Below are positions 41,100-51,545 of a DNA stretch of 64,000 bases, one piece after another. The number at the start of each line of letters is the position of its first letter. Within the stretch, counting starts at the first letter, position 1. The stretch lies in contig JBNPEG010000013.1 in the NCBI GenBank assembly GCA_051117555.1, positions 51,267 through 115,266 on the forward strand. The letters are read 5' to 3'. The position numbers and the translations under genes were made by a program. This DNA comes from Elainellaceae cyanobacterium. Lineage in GTDB: Bacteria > Cyanobacteriota > Cyanobacteriia > CAZCXK01. Under the pieces are notes generated by a model. It did no database searches and was not told the origin of the DNA. It saw only the letters and a program-made list of their open reading frames with translations.

Positions 41100-41212
41100 G
41101 CAAAGCCCGCCTGCACGGGTTGGGGTTTGAGACACACCCGTCTTCTGGATGCCAGCGATGCATTCACGGAGTGAGGGCAGGAACTGGCGTTCATTCAGAT
41201 GGTTAGATGTCG
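41100..41212 (-). ncRNA. PsrR1 (SyR1)-like small RNA with terminator; 5' end uncertain
   Basis: Minus strand ...CCAGTTCCTGCCCTCACTCCGTGAATGCATCGCTGGCATCCAGAAGACGGGTGTGTCTCAAACCCCA followed by CCCGT-GCAG-GCGGG-CTTT; core resembles PsrR1 homologues as recalled, not aligned. Confidence 0.6.
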
Positions 41213-41632
41213 ATTAGATGAGTTGATTTTTGATAAGTTCATTGCAATCTTCGTCAAAAAATCCAAGGAAAATGGGGCAAATTATTCGATTCGATTTCGT
41301 TATTACCTTGGAATTCTATGAGATATCGTTCTGAACTTCGGATTGGCATTTAAGCCAATGGCGCTGATATCTAGCTCGTTTGAAACCCACTGATAATCTG
41401 GCATGGAACTGTTTAATGAGATTTTGGTCGACGATTTTAAGCAATGATTGAAGTCAGAACTCTGTAAAAAAAAGTCGCAACCTAACCATGACTGCGAATA
41501 CGATGCTTAAATAACTACTAAGAACGTGGAATAAACTGCTAATTTTAATGGAAATGTGACTCCTAGCTAGGCTAACCCTTTCAGTTGGTGTGAATGTAAA
41601 TCGAAATGGGCATTTCTTAACAGAGGTCTGCG

Positions 41633-44600
41633 ATGGAATTTTGGGAATTCCTTATTCAAAAAGAGGGCGATCGCTCGTGGCTCCCCCTAGAAGCTCCTGA
41701 ATCAGAGATTTTAGAAGGTCGCTATCGCGTCATCGCCCGATCGAGCCGAACGAATGTGCCAGTCGAAATTCAGGTTAGCCATCTCGATATAGAGTCTAGT
41801 TCGCCCAAGCGCCGTGTTCATACGCGATCGAGTCTGACCAATCCGGATGGTCTGATGGTCGTCATTCCATTTACGCTGCTCAAGCCCGGTCTGCTCGAAC
41901 TGCGCTGTACGAGCGACCTCATGAGCGAAATGATGGGCGATAGTTGGCAATATTCTGTCAAGCTCCAAGTTCTCTCTCAACATTCCGAAACTGATTTGAT
42001 AGAGCTTTGGGACCCTGATCCGAGCGATCGCATCCATGACGTCTCAACAGTTTTAAGTGCTGATTCAAATTCAAATGCTGAGCAGAATACAGAGCGTCAA
42101 GAAATCGTCTCTAATCAAGCTGACTTAGCAGATGCAAGCGCATCGAGTTTACCCGAGGACGATATCACCGCTTCTGATCGTGCTGAGTCTGCTAGTGCAG
42201 CAGAAACTCAGCCGGACTTGTCTGCTTCGTCGGAGGCGGCGATCGCCTCTGAGCCCTCTCCTACAGAAACCTTGGGCGCATCTCTTGAAGCAGCCCATGA
42301 TCCGTACGTCTCAACCTCTGAAAATTCTAGTGACGACGCTCTTCCAGACAACTTGCTTGATGAATTAGAGCGAGAATTGTCTCAGCCTATCGATGAGGAG
42401 ACCGCGGTCGACGATATTGACGACCTGATGGCTGCCTTCGAAACGCTCCATGACCCGCAGCCTTCACCCGATACCGAAGCTATCCAGGCTGACGATCCTG
42501 ACCGTAGCCTGACTCAGGATGACGCGGATCTACTGTTCGGTCATGAATTTGCGACGGATGACGATTTAGCTGACGATTTGAGCGCGCCTAGTGCGACTCA
42601 TGTCAGCGGAGAAGGAGGGCAATCCGACGACGCATCTGCTGAAGAGCCAGACGCTCTGGATAGCCATGAATCGAGTCCTCCTGACACCGAGCTGTTCGAT
42701 GCTGATTTTCCTGAGACTGACCTCTCGATCGAAGACGATATTGATGCCTTAACTCAGGCGCTCGATCAGGTTGATGAGTCATTTGCTATTAACCCAGATG
42801 CGATCGCCCACCTCAGTCATGACGCCCTCTCATCAGCCGAGATGGGGAATCTCGATCAAATAGCTAGCGAAATGTCGCAGCTTTTTAGTGTCGCTGAGCA
42901 CATGGCTGAACAAGTCATCGCGTCGATGGCCGAGACGTTTGACCAGCTAACGGCGGATGCAGAGTTAGCTGCTGTAGACGATGACGCGCCATTCGAAGAT
43001 AGTCATAATGCGCTTGTCGACGGTGAAGGGACGATATCCCTCGACATTACCCTCGATCAAGAGACATACAGTATTCAACGAGGGCAGCCCCTTCATCTAT
43101 CGGGGGTGGTTAATGGGATGCACGAAGGTGCGGATAGTCTCGACGGCGCGCCCCTCATGCTGCGAGTTCGGTTGACCAATCCTCAAAATGCTGATGTGCT
43201 GAGCGAGACAGACTATCCGCTCGATGTTCAATCGTTGCCCTCTGCATTTGCGTGTTTAGTGGATAGTCTTGATAGCAGTCAGACCCACCTGATCGTGGGA
43301 CAGATTTTTCTTTTGAGATCAACTGGGGCGGAGACTCCTGAGATTCTAACCAACGGGGTTCCATCCAATCGGGCGATCGCATCTCAGTCATTTAATATCA
43401 CGATTGACCTCGAAGAATTGCTTGATGTCGTTCAGCAACCTCCAGTTGAGTCTCCATTTGAAGAGGAAACCTCACCCGCTGCATCACCTTTAGATTCAGA
43501 GTCGTCTCGCCCTAGCATTGAGAAATCTGAACCCACCCCTGGCGATGGTGTGCCGGCTTCTGATGACGAGGCTCAATTTCGAGATAGCACACCCGACGAG
43601 GCTCCACTCTTGCCGCCTCAGCTTCGTCACCCCCATTCCCAACGAGAAAGACCCAAATCTCCAGAACTTCCCTCCTTTGCCCACAATCCTCCCCCTGCCC
43701 ATCAGCATGAATCAGCACTGCAAGCGATTCAGAATTACCAGGCAGCTAATCTGAGACGCGATGACACCGCATCAGAGCCATCAGCAGATTTGTTTGAAGA
43801 CGAGAACTTGACTGAGCCGATATTGCTAGGTAACGAGTCTGATGAGCCTGCTAGCCCGTCAGATGAGGAAATCGTTGACGATTTTGAAATGCCTGAATTT
43901 CTTGCGGGATTGGAGGATGACATCGCTACTGCTGGGGAAACAGAGCGTCCAGAGATAGCCAGCACTCATCCGGTAGTGGAGAGTCGTGAGGCCGATGAGG
44001 ACGAGATATTCAGCAATCCTTTTATAGCCGAATCTAATCCGACCTATTCTCATCCAGTAGACGAGAAGACATCCGACGAAAACGTTTACGAAAATGAACG
44101 GTTCAGTGACCTAAGTACTGACGATAGTGGGGTTCATAATCTATCCGATGACGCGTATGATGAGGCATACGATGAAGCAACACTGCCCCAGTCGACTGCT
44201 GAGGACGACAATTACGAAGCGTTTTTTGATGACGAGACTGCTGATGGGGATGAGGCAGACTACCAGGCAATTTTTGATGAAAATGTGCCTGAGCCTGAGA
44301 TGGATCCGTTTGAGATTGACCCATTTCTTTATAGCAATGGTGATGCCGACTCGTCCCAAGATGTCGATGACTCCCTAGCATTTACCGAGGCATCAAACGG
44401 TTCATTAGCGTCTACTGAATTATCGGACTCATCCGAGGCATCATCGGCTGAATTTTCTGAATCATCAGCTGAATTTTCTGAATCATCGACTGGTGAGCCA
44501 TCCAGTCCGTCATCGATTGAAGTTAGTCAATCGCCAGCGCCCAGCAGCGATGATTCGTCTCGACCGACGGGGTCAAAAGCGGCTGAAATCATGCCCGAAT

Positions 44601-45640
44601 GGTATTCGGATGGGCCTTATTGCTTGTTGCCAGGGGCTGAAAGCACCAGCTACGGAGCGTCAGAATGGGCGCTTCAGACGCTGGCACGCCGACAGGGAAT
44701 CCTTCCAGAATCAGCCGATGCGTCCGTTGCAGATGGAGGAACTGATAGGGTGCTGGCCGATGTATCTGATGCTGAATCGACCGAACCGCGATCGCCCGGC
44801 GCTGATGGAAATCTGGATTCAGATCTGGATTCAGATCCGGATTCAGATATCAATGACTGGGACGCTCTCGTGGCAGATAGTTCGGATTCGTCTATTGTGC
44901 TACGAAACCCAGAATCGGTATCAGATAGCGAGTTGAGCGTATCGGATACAGACGAGGGATCGTTGGATCTCGCTGAATCTGAGTATGACTCATTCGGAAT
45001 GCTTGATTTACAAGATCGATTTATATCGCGACTGAGTGCGCTAGCATCTGACCAAGAATGGGCAGAGGACGATACGTCGCCTGTATCAATGGACTCATCG
45101 GCTGACGCGGATGCGGCTCGGTGGGAGGTTGTTGTCGACGATGAACAACCCGCCTATCAATTGGGGGCGGGAGTTCATCCATATGGCGTATCGACGTTGG
45201 CAGGCGCTGCACCGATTGCAAAAGATACCTCTGACTCTCGGGGTGTATTTGATGTCAAAGATTTGCCAAGTCCTGAGTTAGAACTGCCCGACGGAGAATT
45301 GATCGCGGGGCAGCCCATCAGCATTACGGTCAAACTAGTTGAAACGTCGTCACGGTTTTATGTGAAGCTGTGGATTCACGATTGCCAAACTCGTACCATG
45401 GTTGATGGTCCCCGATGGCTGGTTGACTTGACATCGAATGGACAGGGCGAGGTTGAAGCAAGTACCCAGCTAACAGTCCCGTTTGGTTGTTTAGAAATTC
45501 AATTTGAGGCGATCGCCATTGAAATGGCAACCCAGCGTGAGAGTCATAAGACGATTGCCGTGCGTGCTGTAGTCCCGCCCGATTTACCGTCTTATTCCTT
45601 TGATTCGTCTGCATTCGATGTGTTTGATGAGATTGATTGA
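41633..45640 (+). CDS. Large, highly acidic protein with folded N-terminal, central and C-terminal domains
   Basis: 1335-aa ORF; MEFWEFLIQKEGDRSWLPLE N-terminus and YVKLW..D.QTR..VDGPRWL C-terminus; D/E/S-rich linkers with internal repeats. Confidence 0.75.
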   Translation: MEFWEFLIQKEGDRSWLPLEAPESEILEGRYRVIARSSRTNVPVEIQVSHLDIESSSPKRRVHTRSSLTNPDGLMVVIPFTLLKPGLLELRCTSDLMSEMMGDSWQYSVKLQVLSQHSETDLIELWDPDPSDRIHDVSTVLSADSNSNAEQNTERQEIVSNQADLADASASSLPEDDITASDRAESASAAETQPDLSASSEAAIASEPSPTETLGASLEAAHDPYVSTSENSSDDALPDNLLDELERELSQPIDEETAVDDIDDLMAAFETLHDPQPSPDTEAIQADDPDRSLTQDDADLLFGHEFATDDDLADDLSAPSATHVSGEGGQSDDASAEEPDALDSHESSPPDTELFDADFPETDLSIEDDIDALTQALDQVDESFAINPDAIAHLSHDALSSAEMGNLDQIASEMSQLFSVAEHMAEQVIASMAETFDQLTADAELAAVDDDAPFEDSHNALVDGEGTISLDITLDQETYSIQRGQPLHLSGVVNGMHEGADSLDGAPLMLRVRLTNPQNADVLSETDYPLDVQSLPSAFACLVDSLDSSQTHLIVGQIFLLRSTGAETPEILTNGVPSNRAIASQSFNITIDLEELLDVVQQPPVESPFEEETSPAASPLDSESSRPSIEKSEPTPGDGVPASDDEAQFRDSTPDEAPLLPPQLRHPHSQRERPKSPELPSFAHNPPPAHQHESALQAIQNYQAANLRRDDTASEPSADLFEDENLTEPILLGNESDEPASPSDEEIVDDFEMPEFLAGLEDDIATAGETERPEIASTHPVVESREADEDEIFSNPFIAESNPTYSHPVDEKTSDENVYENERFSDLSTDDSGVHNLSDDAYDEAYDEATLPQSTAEDDNYEAFFDDETADGDEADYQAIFDENVPEPEMDPFEIDPFLYSNGDADSSQDVDDSLAFTEASNGSLASTELSDSSEASSAEFSESSAEFSESSTGEPSSPSSIEVSQSPAPSSDDSSRPTGSKAAEIMPEWYSDGPYCLLPGAESTSYGASEWALQTLARRQGILPESADASVADGGTDRVLADVSDAESTEPRSPGADGNLDSDLDSDPDSDINDWDALVADSSDSSIVLRNPESVSDSELSVSDTDEGSLDLAESEYDSFGMLDLQDRFISRLSALASDQEWAEDDTSPVSMDSSADADAARWEVVVDDEQPAYQLGAGVHPYGVSTLAGAAPIAKDTSDSRGVFDVKDLPSPELELPDGELIAGQPISITVKLVETSSRFYVKLWIHDCQTRTMVDGPRWLVDLTSNGQGEVEASTQLTVPFGCLEIQFEAIAIEMATQRESHKTIAVRAVVPPDLPSYSFDSSAFDVFDEID

Positions 45641-45822
45641 GGCAATCGTAAATAAATTTAACTCTAATCTCTGAAATCTCACGAGTGAAAGGGCGATCGC
45701 CCGTGGATTCAGCCATTCAGATTGCTACTTTTGTTAAAAATTCTTAGTAGTTAGAAATTTAGAACTCAATTCGCAGTACAGTCATGACTATTGACCCGTA
45801 CTGTTCGTAGGAAAATTTGGTT

Positions 45823-45939
45823 ATGTCAGCTTCATTTTTGCCATCAATTATGGTGCCTTTGGTTGGGCTGGTCTTTCCAGCTGTCGCTATGGCACTCCTA
45901 TTCATTTACATCCAGAGAGAAGATACCGCTGGAATCTAG
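45823..45939 (+). CDS. psaI: Photosystem I subunit VIII (not in ORF track)
   Basis: [38 protein letters not shown]; directly upstream of psaL. Confidence 0.95.
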   Translation: MSASFLPSIMVPLVGLVFPAVAMALLFIYIQREDTAGI

Positions 45940-46039
45940 CGTCTTCAGCCTTAAAACCCCCAATCTTACGTTTTCTAAACGTTTTCCAATTTTTACATCT
46001 CTATTCTCATTTTGTTGATCCTTAGGGAGATAAACGAAT

Positions 46040-46519
46040 ATGACAGATTATGTCAAACCTGCTGGCGATCCTCAAATTGGCAACCTGGCGACCCCAATTA
46101 ATTCGTCTGCATTTACGAAAGCATTCATCAACAACCTGCCAGCGTATCGTGCCGGATTGTCGCCCCAGCGTCGTGGGCTAGAAATTGGCATGGCTCATGG
46201 CTACTTGCTATATGGTCCCTTTGCATTGCTTGGCCCCTTACGGAACTCCGAAATAGGCGACTTCGTAGGGGTTGCTGCTGCAGTTGTGCTTGTCTTAATT
46301 CTGACAATTTGTTTGTCGATTTACTCTAGTACAGGGGTCAGTAAACCTATTTCAACCATCACAAATCCTAATCCACCTGAGGCGTTGAGTACCTCAGAAG
46401 GATGGAGCGAATTTGCGGGTGGCTTTTTGATTGGGGGTATGGGCGGCGCCATCTTTGCGTATTTGCTGATTGAAGTCGTTAAGTCGGATGCGCTGCAATC
46501 CATCAGTATCTTTAGTTAA
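46040..46519 (+). CDS. psaL: Photosystem I subunit XI
   Basis: GNLATPINSS, NLPAYR.GLSP..RGLEIGMAHGY, GPLR, GW..F..GF.IGG.GGA. Confidence 0.95.
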   Translation: MTDYVKPAGDPQIGNLATPINSSAFTKAFINNLPAYRAGLSPQRRGLEIGMAHGYLLYGPFALLGPLRNSEIGDFVGVAAAVVLVLILTICLSIYSSTGVSKPISTITNPNPPEALSTSEGWSEFAGGFLIGGMGGAIFAYLLIEVVKSDALQSISIFS

Positions 46520-46774
46520 GCGATCGCTCAACCATGGCTAAAACCGGGGGATATGCAACGATAGCCTTATTCCCAGGTAAACCACACCTCGCTCGAAATC
46601 CGCAGTTTCTCTAATAAAGATGTCCTGATTGACTGACAAATCTTTAACGTATGGCGACTGTAGACTCTTAGTAACCTCGATTGCCAGCATATAGAGTTTT
46701 GTCAGTTAATCAGGCAAATGCCTCGAAAATTCTTGGTGATTAAGATTGAATAGTTTATGAATGTGGTCCACACG

Positions 46775-46803
46775 CAATTTACAAGCGATTTAAGATCGCT
46801 ATA
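46775..46803. repeat. Right end of the 35107-type repeat
   Basis: CAATTTACAAGCGATTTAAGATCGCTATA vs CAATTCACAAGCGATTTAGGGTCGCTATA at 35170-35198. Confidence 0.7.
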
Positions 46804-46960
46804 AGTAGGTGGACATAAAAAAGGTGATCTGTAGGGTGCTGTTAGGCGTAGCCGTAACGCACCGGGTTCAAGAGTTTTAGCCCTTTTAAGAATTTGCACT
46901 ATTTTAGGCGTGTTACAACACTACAAATAAGTAGGGCTTTCCACCTATAAAAAGAATCGA

Positions 46961-46993
46961 AAAGAGCCGCTTATTCTAAGTAAGCGGCTCTTT
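46961..46993 (-). terminator. Terminator of psbEFLJ
   Basis: AAAGAGCCGCTTA-N7-TAAGCGGCTCTTT. Confidence 0.8.
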
Positions 46994-47044
46994 CTATCGG
47001 TAACAATGCGAAACTATTAACACGCAAAATTTTGAAGACGAATC

Positions 47045-47164
47045 CTAAACGGATGAACCGAGCCCTGCATAAGATCCGTAAAAGAACAGACCCAAAACTG
47101 CAAGAACGCCTAATCCTGCAATAGTAGCTACGAGCCAGAGGGGAATTCTGCCATTCGCAAACAC
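47045..47164 (-). CDS. psbJ: Photosystem II protein J (GTG start; not in ORF track)
   Basis: [48 protein letters not shown]. Confidence 0.95.
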   Translation of the reverse strand: MFANGRIPLWLVATIAGLGVLAVLGLFFYGSYAGLGSSV

Positions 47165-47337
47165 GTTTTGACTCCTCAAAAACTAACTAAAGGTCATCAG
47201 AAAGTAAAAAAGATGAGCTGATGTGATCAATTTCAACTATCAAAATGCCACGTCAGCTCACTTTCTATCCAAGAAAAGGCTAATATCTACTAGTAATTAA
47301 CTAGCCAGAATCCAAAATTCTAAATTCTAACTCGCGA

Positions 47338-47463
47338 TTAATTAAAGAAGTAGCTCGAGAACAAGATCCCAAGAACAAAGACCAAAAGTAAACCGAGATA
47401 AAGGGATGTCCGGTTAAGCTCTACTGGCTGTTTGTTGGGATTTTGATTCCTAGAAACGGGCAT
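47338..47463 (-). CDS. psbL: Photosystem II protein L (not in ORF track)
   Basis: [41 protein letters not shown]. Confidence 0.96.
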   Translation of the reverse strand: MPVSRNQNPNKQPVELNRTSLYLGLLLVFVLGILFSSYFFN

Positions 47464-47472
47464 GAAATCCTC

Positions 47473-47613
<141 letters not shown>

Positions 47614-47663
47614 CTATCACCTTAATAGACTCATCAGACAAAACTAGAACTGACAAATTGGAG

Positions 47664-47912
47664 CTATTTGTCATCAAATTTTTGAATTTGTTGACCTGCT
47701 TCAAATCGGTCGGAGACGATGGGTAGTTCTTGACGTTCTTGAGTGTAATATTCATTGGGTCTTGGCGTACCAAAGGCATCATAAGCTAGCCCTGTACTGA
47801 CAAAAAGCCACCCTGCGATGAACAAAGCAGGGATCGTAATACTATGAATTACCCAATACCGAATACTTGTGATGATATCTGAAAAAGGTCTTTCTCCAGT
47901 TGTGCCAGCCAT
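47664..47912 (-). CDS. psbE: Cytochrome b559 alpha subunit
   Basis: [26 protein letters not shown]...[11 protein letters not shown]. Confidence 0.98.
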   Translation of the reverse strand: MAGTTGERPFSDIITSIRYWVIHSITIPALFIAGWLFVSTGLAYDAFGTPRPNEYYTQERQELPIVSDRFEAGQQIQKFDDK

Positions 47913-48092
47913 TCTCTTGTTCCTCCCAAAGAATCAGTTAGCGTCTCAATTTATATCATACGAGAGTGCTTGAAGACTCACAAGCGAACCATCAGTTACT
48001 AATTTTTTTTACACCACAATTCAAACCCTTTGATCGGCGTTTTGAAATTCTCGATAGGTCTAAACTTGGGTATCAACACTGGTGGCGATTAC

Positions 48093-49118
48093 CTAATGGA
48101 TCACAGTTGCAACTTGGGGTTCACCTTCATATCGGAGCATTGTTCCCCGCTGACCCAATACAAATCCATGATTGGGAGAGAAGAAGACAATGCGATACAG
48201 ATTGGACGGGATATCCTCAATGGCGCGATCTTTTTGCCATGTCTCACCTCCGTCAAAACTACATAATAAGTTGGCGCTGCCTCCAGCAACCCAGACCTCA
48301 TCAGGAGTTCGATAGGCCAAATCCAGTAGCCCCCAACTGGTCGAGAATTCAGGATTCATGGGTTCATGCCAGTCGTCTAAGCCGTCAGGTTCGCTAAACT
48401 GCACGATGCCGCCACGCGCTAGAAGCCAAAGCCTGCCGTGATCTCCATATCCCATATTTTGAAGACGACGAGAGCTGTTTCGATTGTGTTGCTCCCACGC
48501 ACTGTCACCAGGTTCCCACGTCGAATAAAAGTTTCCACGCGCTGAAACAGTCACATAACGGCCTTCGGGCGATCGCGCAATGTTCCGAAACCGACCGACT
48601 GCTTCTTCTACCCTAGCCTGCCAGCTTTTTCCATCATCGTTCGTCCGATAAATAGCCCCCACATCGGTGGCCATCTCTGCCGAATGCTCTCCCAATGCTG
48701 TAATCAAACGAGTGGTTCCGGGGAGTTTTTCACTTAAGGAAATCCGCGACCATGACTCACCTCCATCTGTTGTATGCAACAAGATGCTAGGCTCTCCGAC
48801 AACCCACCCTTCTTGCCCCGAAAAGCTGACTGAAGTCAGGGTGTACGACTGATCCTCTCCCAAGTTGAGAATTCTCGGCTCCCAGGTTTTTCCACCGTCT
48901 CTCGATTCAAGCATGGTAGATTGCTTACCCACAAGCCAGCCGTGCTGTAAATCATCGGTAAACCCGATATCAAGCAGCGTACTTTCGGTCGGCAATTCGA
49001 CAGGCTGCCAGGGGTTGTATTCCAGTGACGGCAAATAAGCATTTGCACATCCTGTGCATAGAAATACAGCCACTAAAGCGATCGCAATACGTTTGAGAGG
49101 CGTAAGAAGTGCTTCCAT
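48093..49118 (-). CDS. ycf48: PSII assembly factor Ycf48/Hcf136 (lipoprotein)
   Basis: BNR repeats (DGG.TW), [19 protein letters not shown]; lipobox-like LCTGC; ATG 49118 preferred; rubA-ycf48-psbE order. Confidence 0.94.
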   Translation of the reverse strand: MEALLTPLKRIAIALVAVFLCTGCANAYLPSLEYNPWQPVELPTESTLLDIGFTDDLQHGWLVGKQSTMLESRDGGKTWEPRILNLGEDQSYTLTSVSFSGQEGWVVGEPSILLHTTDGGESWSRISLSEKLPGTTRLITALGEHSAEMATDVGAIYRTNDDGKSWQARVEEAVGRFRNIARSPEGRYVTVSARGNFYSTWEPGDSAWEQHNRNSSRRLQNMGYGDHGRLWLLARGGIVQFSEPDGLDDWHEPMNPEFSTSWGLLDLAYRTPDEVWVAGGSANLLCSFDGGETWQKDRAIEDIPSNLYRIVFFSPNHGFVLGQRGTMLRYEGEPQVATVIH

Positions 49119-49273
49119 TCGATTCTGATTTATCACGTCGGTCAGCAATTTGGGTGAAACTAGGGGATTACGGTTACGGTGCAATATCGGTTCTGATATA
49201 GACAATTTTGGTGCAGACAACTGCCCGGCTCGGTGGAGTACTAGACTTAATCAAGTCTTAGCGAATCAAACGC

Positions 49274-49639
49274 TTAGCGGAGACCATATAGGCTTAAGAA
49301 GAATAGAAATCCTAACGCTAGAGCGCCAAAGATGAGAATATTTTTTTGACCTGGAGTTAGGGTGTTGACACCAAACCCGTAGCCCAGATTTTCCTTAAAG
49401 CCAGACGGACTTCCGACCGGACCAATATTGCTAAACTGCCGTTGGCTTGCGCCACAGACCGGACATCTCCAATCGTCAGGTAGCTGTTCAAATGGGGTGC
49501 CGGGCTCTACTTGATCTCCGTCTCCCTTTTCTGGTTCATAAATGTAGCCACAGGCGCGGCACTCAAAGCGATCCAGGTCTGGAGATTCCGGCGATTCAAT
49601 CGCCTCTTCGGCATTAGGGTCAGTTGCTTCAGCGCTCAT
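49274..49639 (-). CDS. rubA: Membrane-bound rubredoxin
   Basis: CRACGYIY...WRCPVC; C-terminal TM. Confidence 0.94.
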   Translation of the reverse strand: MSAEATDPNAEEAIESPESPDLDRFECRACGYIYEPEKGDGDQVEPGTPFEQLPDDWRCPVCGASQRQFSNIGPVGSPSGFKENLGYGFGVNTLTPGQKNILIFGALALGFLFFLSLYGLR

Positions 49640-49857
49640 AACTCAAAAGAAATGCAGCAGCAAGTTTAAACATATACATCAAACAAATACCGACCCTATT
49701 ATATTAGAGACGGTATAGATATCTTAACCTAATGAGCTACCTCAAGAAAATTGATTAGGATACTCAAGCACAAATTGCTGTAAGAACATCAGGGGCGTAT
49801 TCAGACAGCGCTCTTCACTCCAAAATTTTAGGGTGCTGGTTAATGGCTATCACGAGT

Positions 49858-49951
49858 TATAGCAATCCTAAATCATTCATGAAATGGGAGTGCGGGCATC
49901 TTGCCCGCGTTGGCAACGCCTCTCCATCAGGAGAAGCAAGACGCTCGCACT
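49858..49951. repeat. MITE-type end plus REP-like hairpin
   Basis: TATAGCAATCCTAAATCATTCATGAA followed by AGTGCGGGCATCTTGCCCGC ... GCAAGACGCTCGCACT. Confidence 0.65.
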
Positions 49952-49971
49952 GCACGCGATCGCCTCTTTAT

Positions 49972-50721
49972 CTATCGCTCGATCTGATGTGGGTGTGCTT
50001 CAATTAGGGACTTGATCAATGAACTCAGCCGATTTTCAATGTGCTGTCTCTGGTGGATTAGTTGTTTAAGTTTTTGATAGCGGGCGATCGCCCGGCTGAT
50101 TTGTGGAAGCTGGTCTGGAGGGCAAACACGACTGCATAATTGACCATTCACATCATAATTACACAGTCGATAGCCCATCCGATTAGCAGAGTCTGACTCT
50201 GAAACAGGGAGAAAAGCCGTCGGTGGTTGATGGGGAAAAACGGGAGAGGCGGGAGAGGCGATCGCCAGTTGTGTCGTTGATTGAGTCCTATGGGCTTCCA
50301 ACCATCCATCCACAATAGGCCCTTCTTGATAGAGCGCCTGAATTTGTGCTTGAAGCTGCCTTAATTTGGCTTGCCACGTGACGACTAAACTTTCGAGTTC
50401 TTTGAGTAATCCCAATGCGAGTTCGGGATGAGTTTGATGGGTCGATTTGGCCAGTGCTGAGCTAGGGGAAACAGGCTGATTTGGCAGTTCACCCAGAGGC
50501 GCGCGCATAGCAGGTTGCGCGTCAGCGCTGTGGATAGCCGACGAGCGAACCAATGATTCTTGATTGCTTGGCTGAATCTTAAATGAGCAAATGGATGAAT
50601 CAGACGCGAGCTGCTTGAGTGGGATAGTTCGCGATGGAATTGGCTTACCTCGATCGTGACGATTGAGTTGATTAAGTGCTGTTTCTATGCGCCTAAGGTC
50701 TGTTTTCACAATCAACACCAA
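49972..50721 (-). CDS. Hypothetical coiled-coil protein
   Basis: IQALY.EGPIVDGWLE, YRLC....G....R.CP..QLP.IS.AIARYQKL; start uncertain. Confidence 0.65.
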   Translation of the reverse strand: MVLIVKTDLRRIETALNQLNRHDRGKPIPSRTIPLKQLASDSSICSFKIQPSNQESLVRSSAIHSADAQPAMRAPLGELPNQPVSPSSALAKSTHQTHPELALGLLKELESLVVTWQAKLRQLQAQIQALYQEGPIVDGWLEAHRTQSTTQLAIASPASPVFPHQPPTAFLPVSESDSANRMGYRLCNYDVNGQLCSRVCPPDQLPQISRAIARYQKLKQLIHQRQHIENRLSSLIKSLIEAHPHQIER

Positions 50722-50917
50722 ATGCTTTGTACTGTCACTGCACTGTCATAATCAATCTGACTATACGATAAACCCTATGGGCTCAGATTTGCAGGTAGAA
50801 CTCCCGCGACACGCAGATTCTATCTACGTCCGACATCCTAATGCGAGAGCGTAAGGCTATACTTCATGATGTAATCTTAACGGCATCGATTCCAAGGGCG
50901 CCGATCGTCAATCTTAA

Positions 50918-50951
50918 AACGTCGCTGATCGAGTAACGTCGCTGATCGAGT
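50918..50951. repeat. 17-bp tandem duplication AACGTCGCTGATCGAGT x2 immediately before cobU ATG
   Basis: Read directly. Confidence 0.9.
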
Positions 50952-51545
50952 ATGGATGATTCGTCATATCCCTCTTCCCACGTTGTTTTAATTACTGGGC
51001 CATCTCGGTCTGGCAAGAGCGAATGGGCAGAACTGCTGGCTGCTCAATCTGGAAAGGCAGTGACGTATGTTGCAACAGCGTGTATTGACCCTGCTGATGT
51101 AGAGTGGCAGACAAGAATTATTCGTCATCAGCAACGGCGTCCCCCCACCTGGAAGACGCTATCAGGGTCTACTAACCTGACGTCGATTATTCAACGCGCT
51201 ACAGCTGATCAGTGTATGCTGATTGACTCATTAGGCACATGGCTTGCCAACCGTCTTGACCAGACTGATGACGAATGGGCGCATGATTTGGCTGCATTCA
51301 TTCACGCATTGAGCCATGCGGAAGGCTTGATGATATTAGTGGCAGAGGAGACGGGGTGGGGGGTGGTGCCGGCCTATCCATCGGGGAGAAAATTCCGCGA
51401 TCGCCTAGGAGATCTGACTCGTCAAATCGGGGCGATCGCCACATCCGTCTATCTGGTCACTGGGGGATATGCGCTGAATGTGAGTGAGCTAGGCACTCGA
51501 TTGCCACCTATTAATTTAGGGAAGCATCATCCTTCTCAGTCTTGA
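50952..51545 (+). CDS. cobU: Adenosylcobinamide kinase / adenosylcobinamide-phosphate guanylyltransferase
   Basis: LITGPSRSGKS, YVATA, RI..H..RRP, ETGWGVVP, FRDRLG. Confidence 0.93.
   Translation: MDDSSYPSSHVVLITGPSRSGKSEWAELLAAQSGKAVTYVATACIDPADVEWQTRIIRHQQRRPPTWKTLSGSTNLTSIIQRATADQCMLIDSLGTWLANRLDQTDDEWAHDLAAFIHALSHAEGLMILVAEETGWGVVPAYPSGRKFRDRLGDLTRQIGAIATSVYLVTGGYALNVSELGTRLPPINLGKHHPSQS

Noticed and set aside
41303..41404. 33-codon minus-strand ORF upstream of the PsrR1-like RNA
   Set aside because: No RBS or recognisable protein features
45791..46018. 75-aa ORF in track upstream of psaL
   Set aside because: Out-of-frame shadow of psaI (45823-45939)
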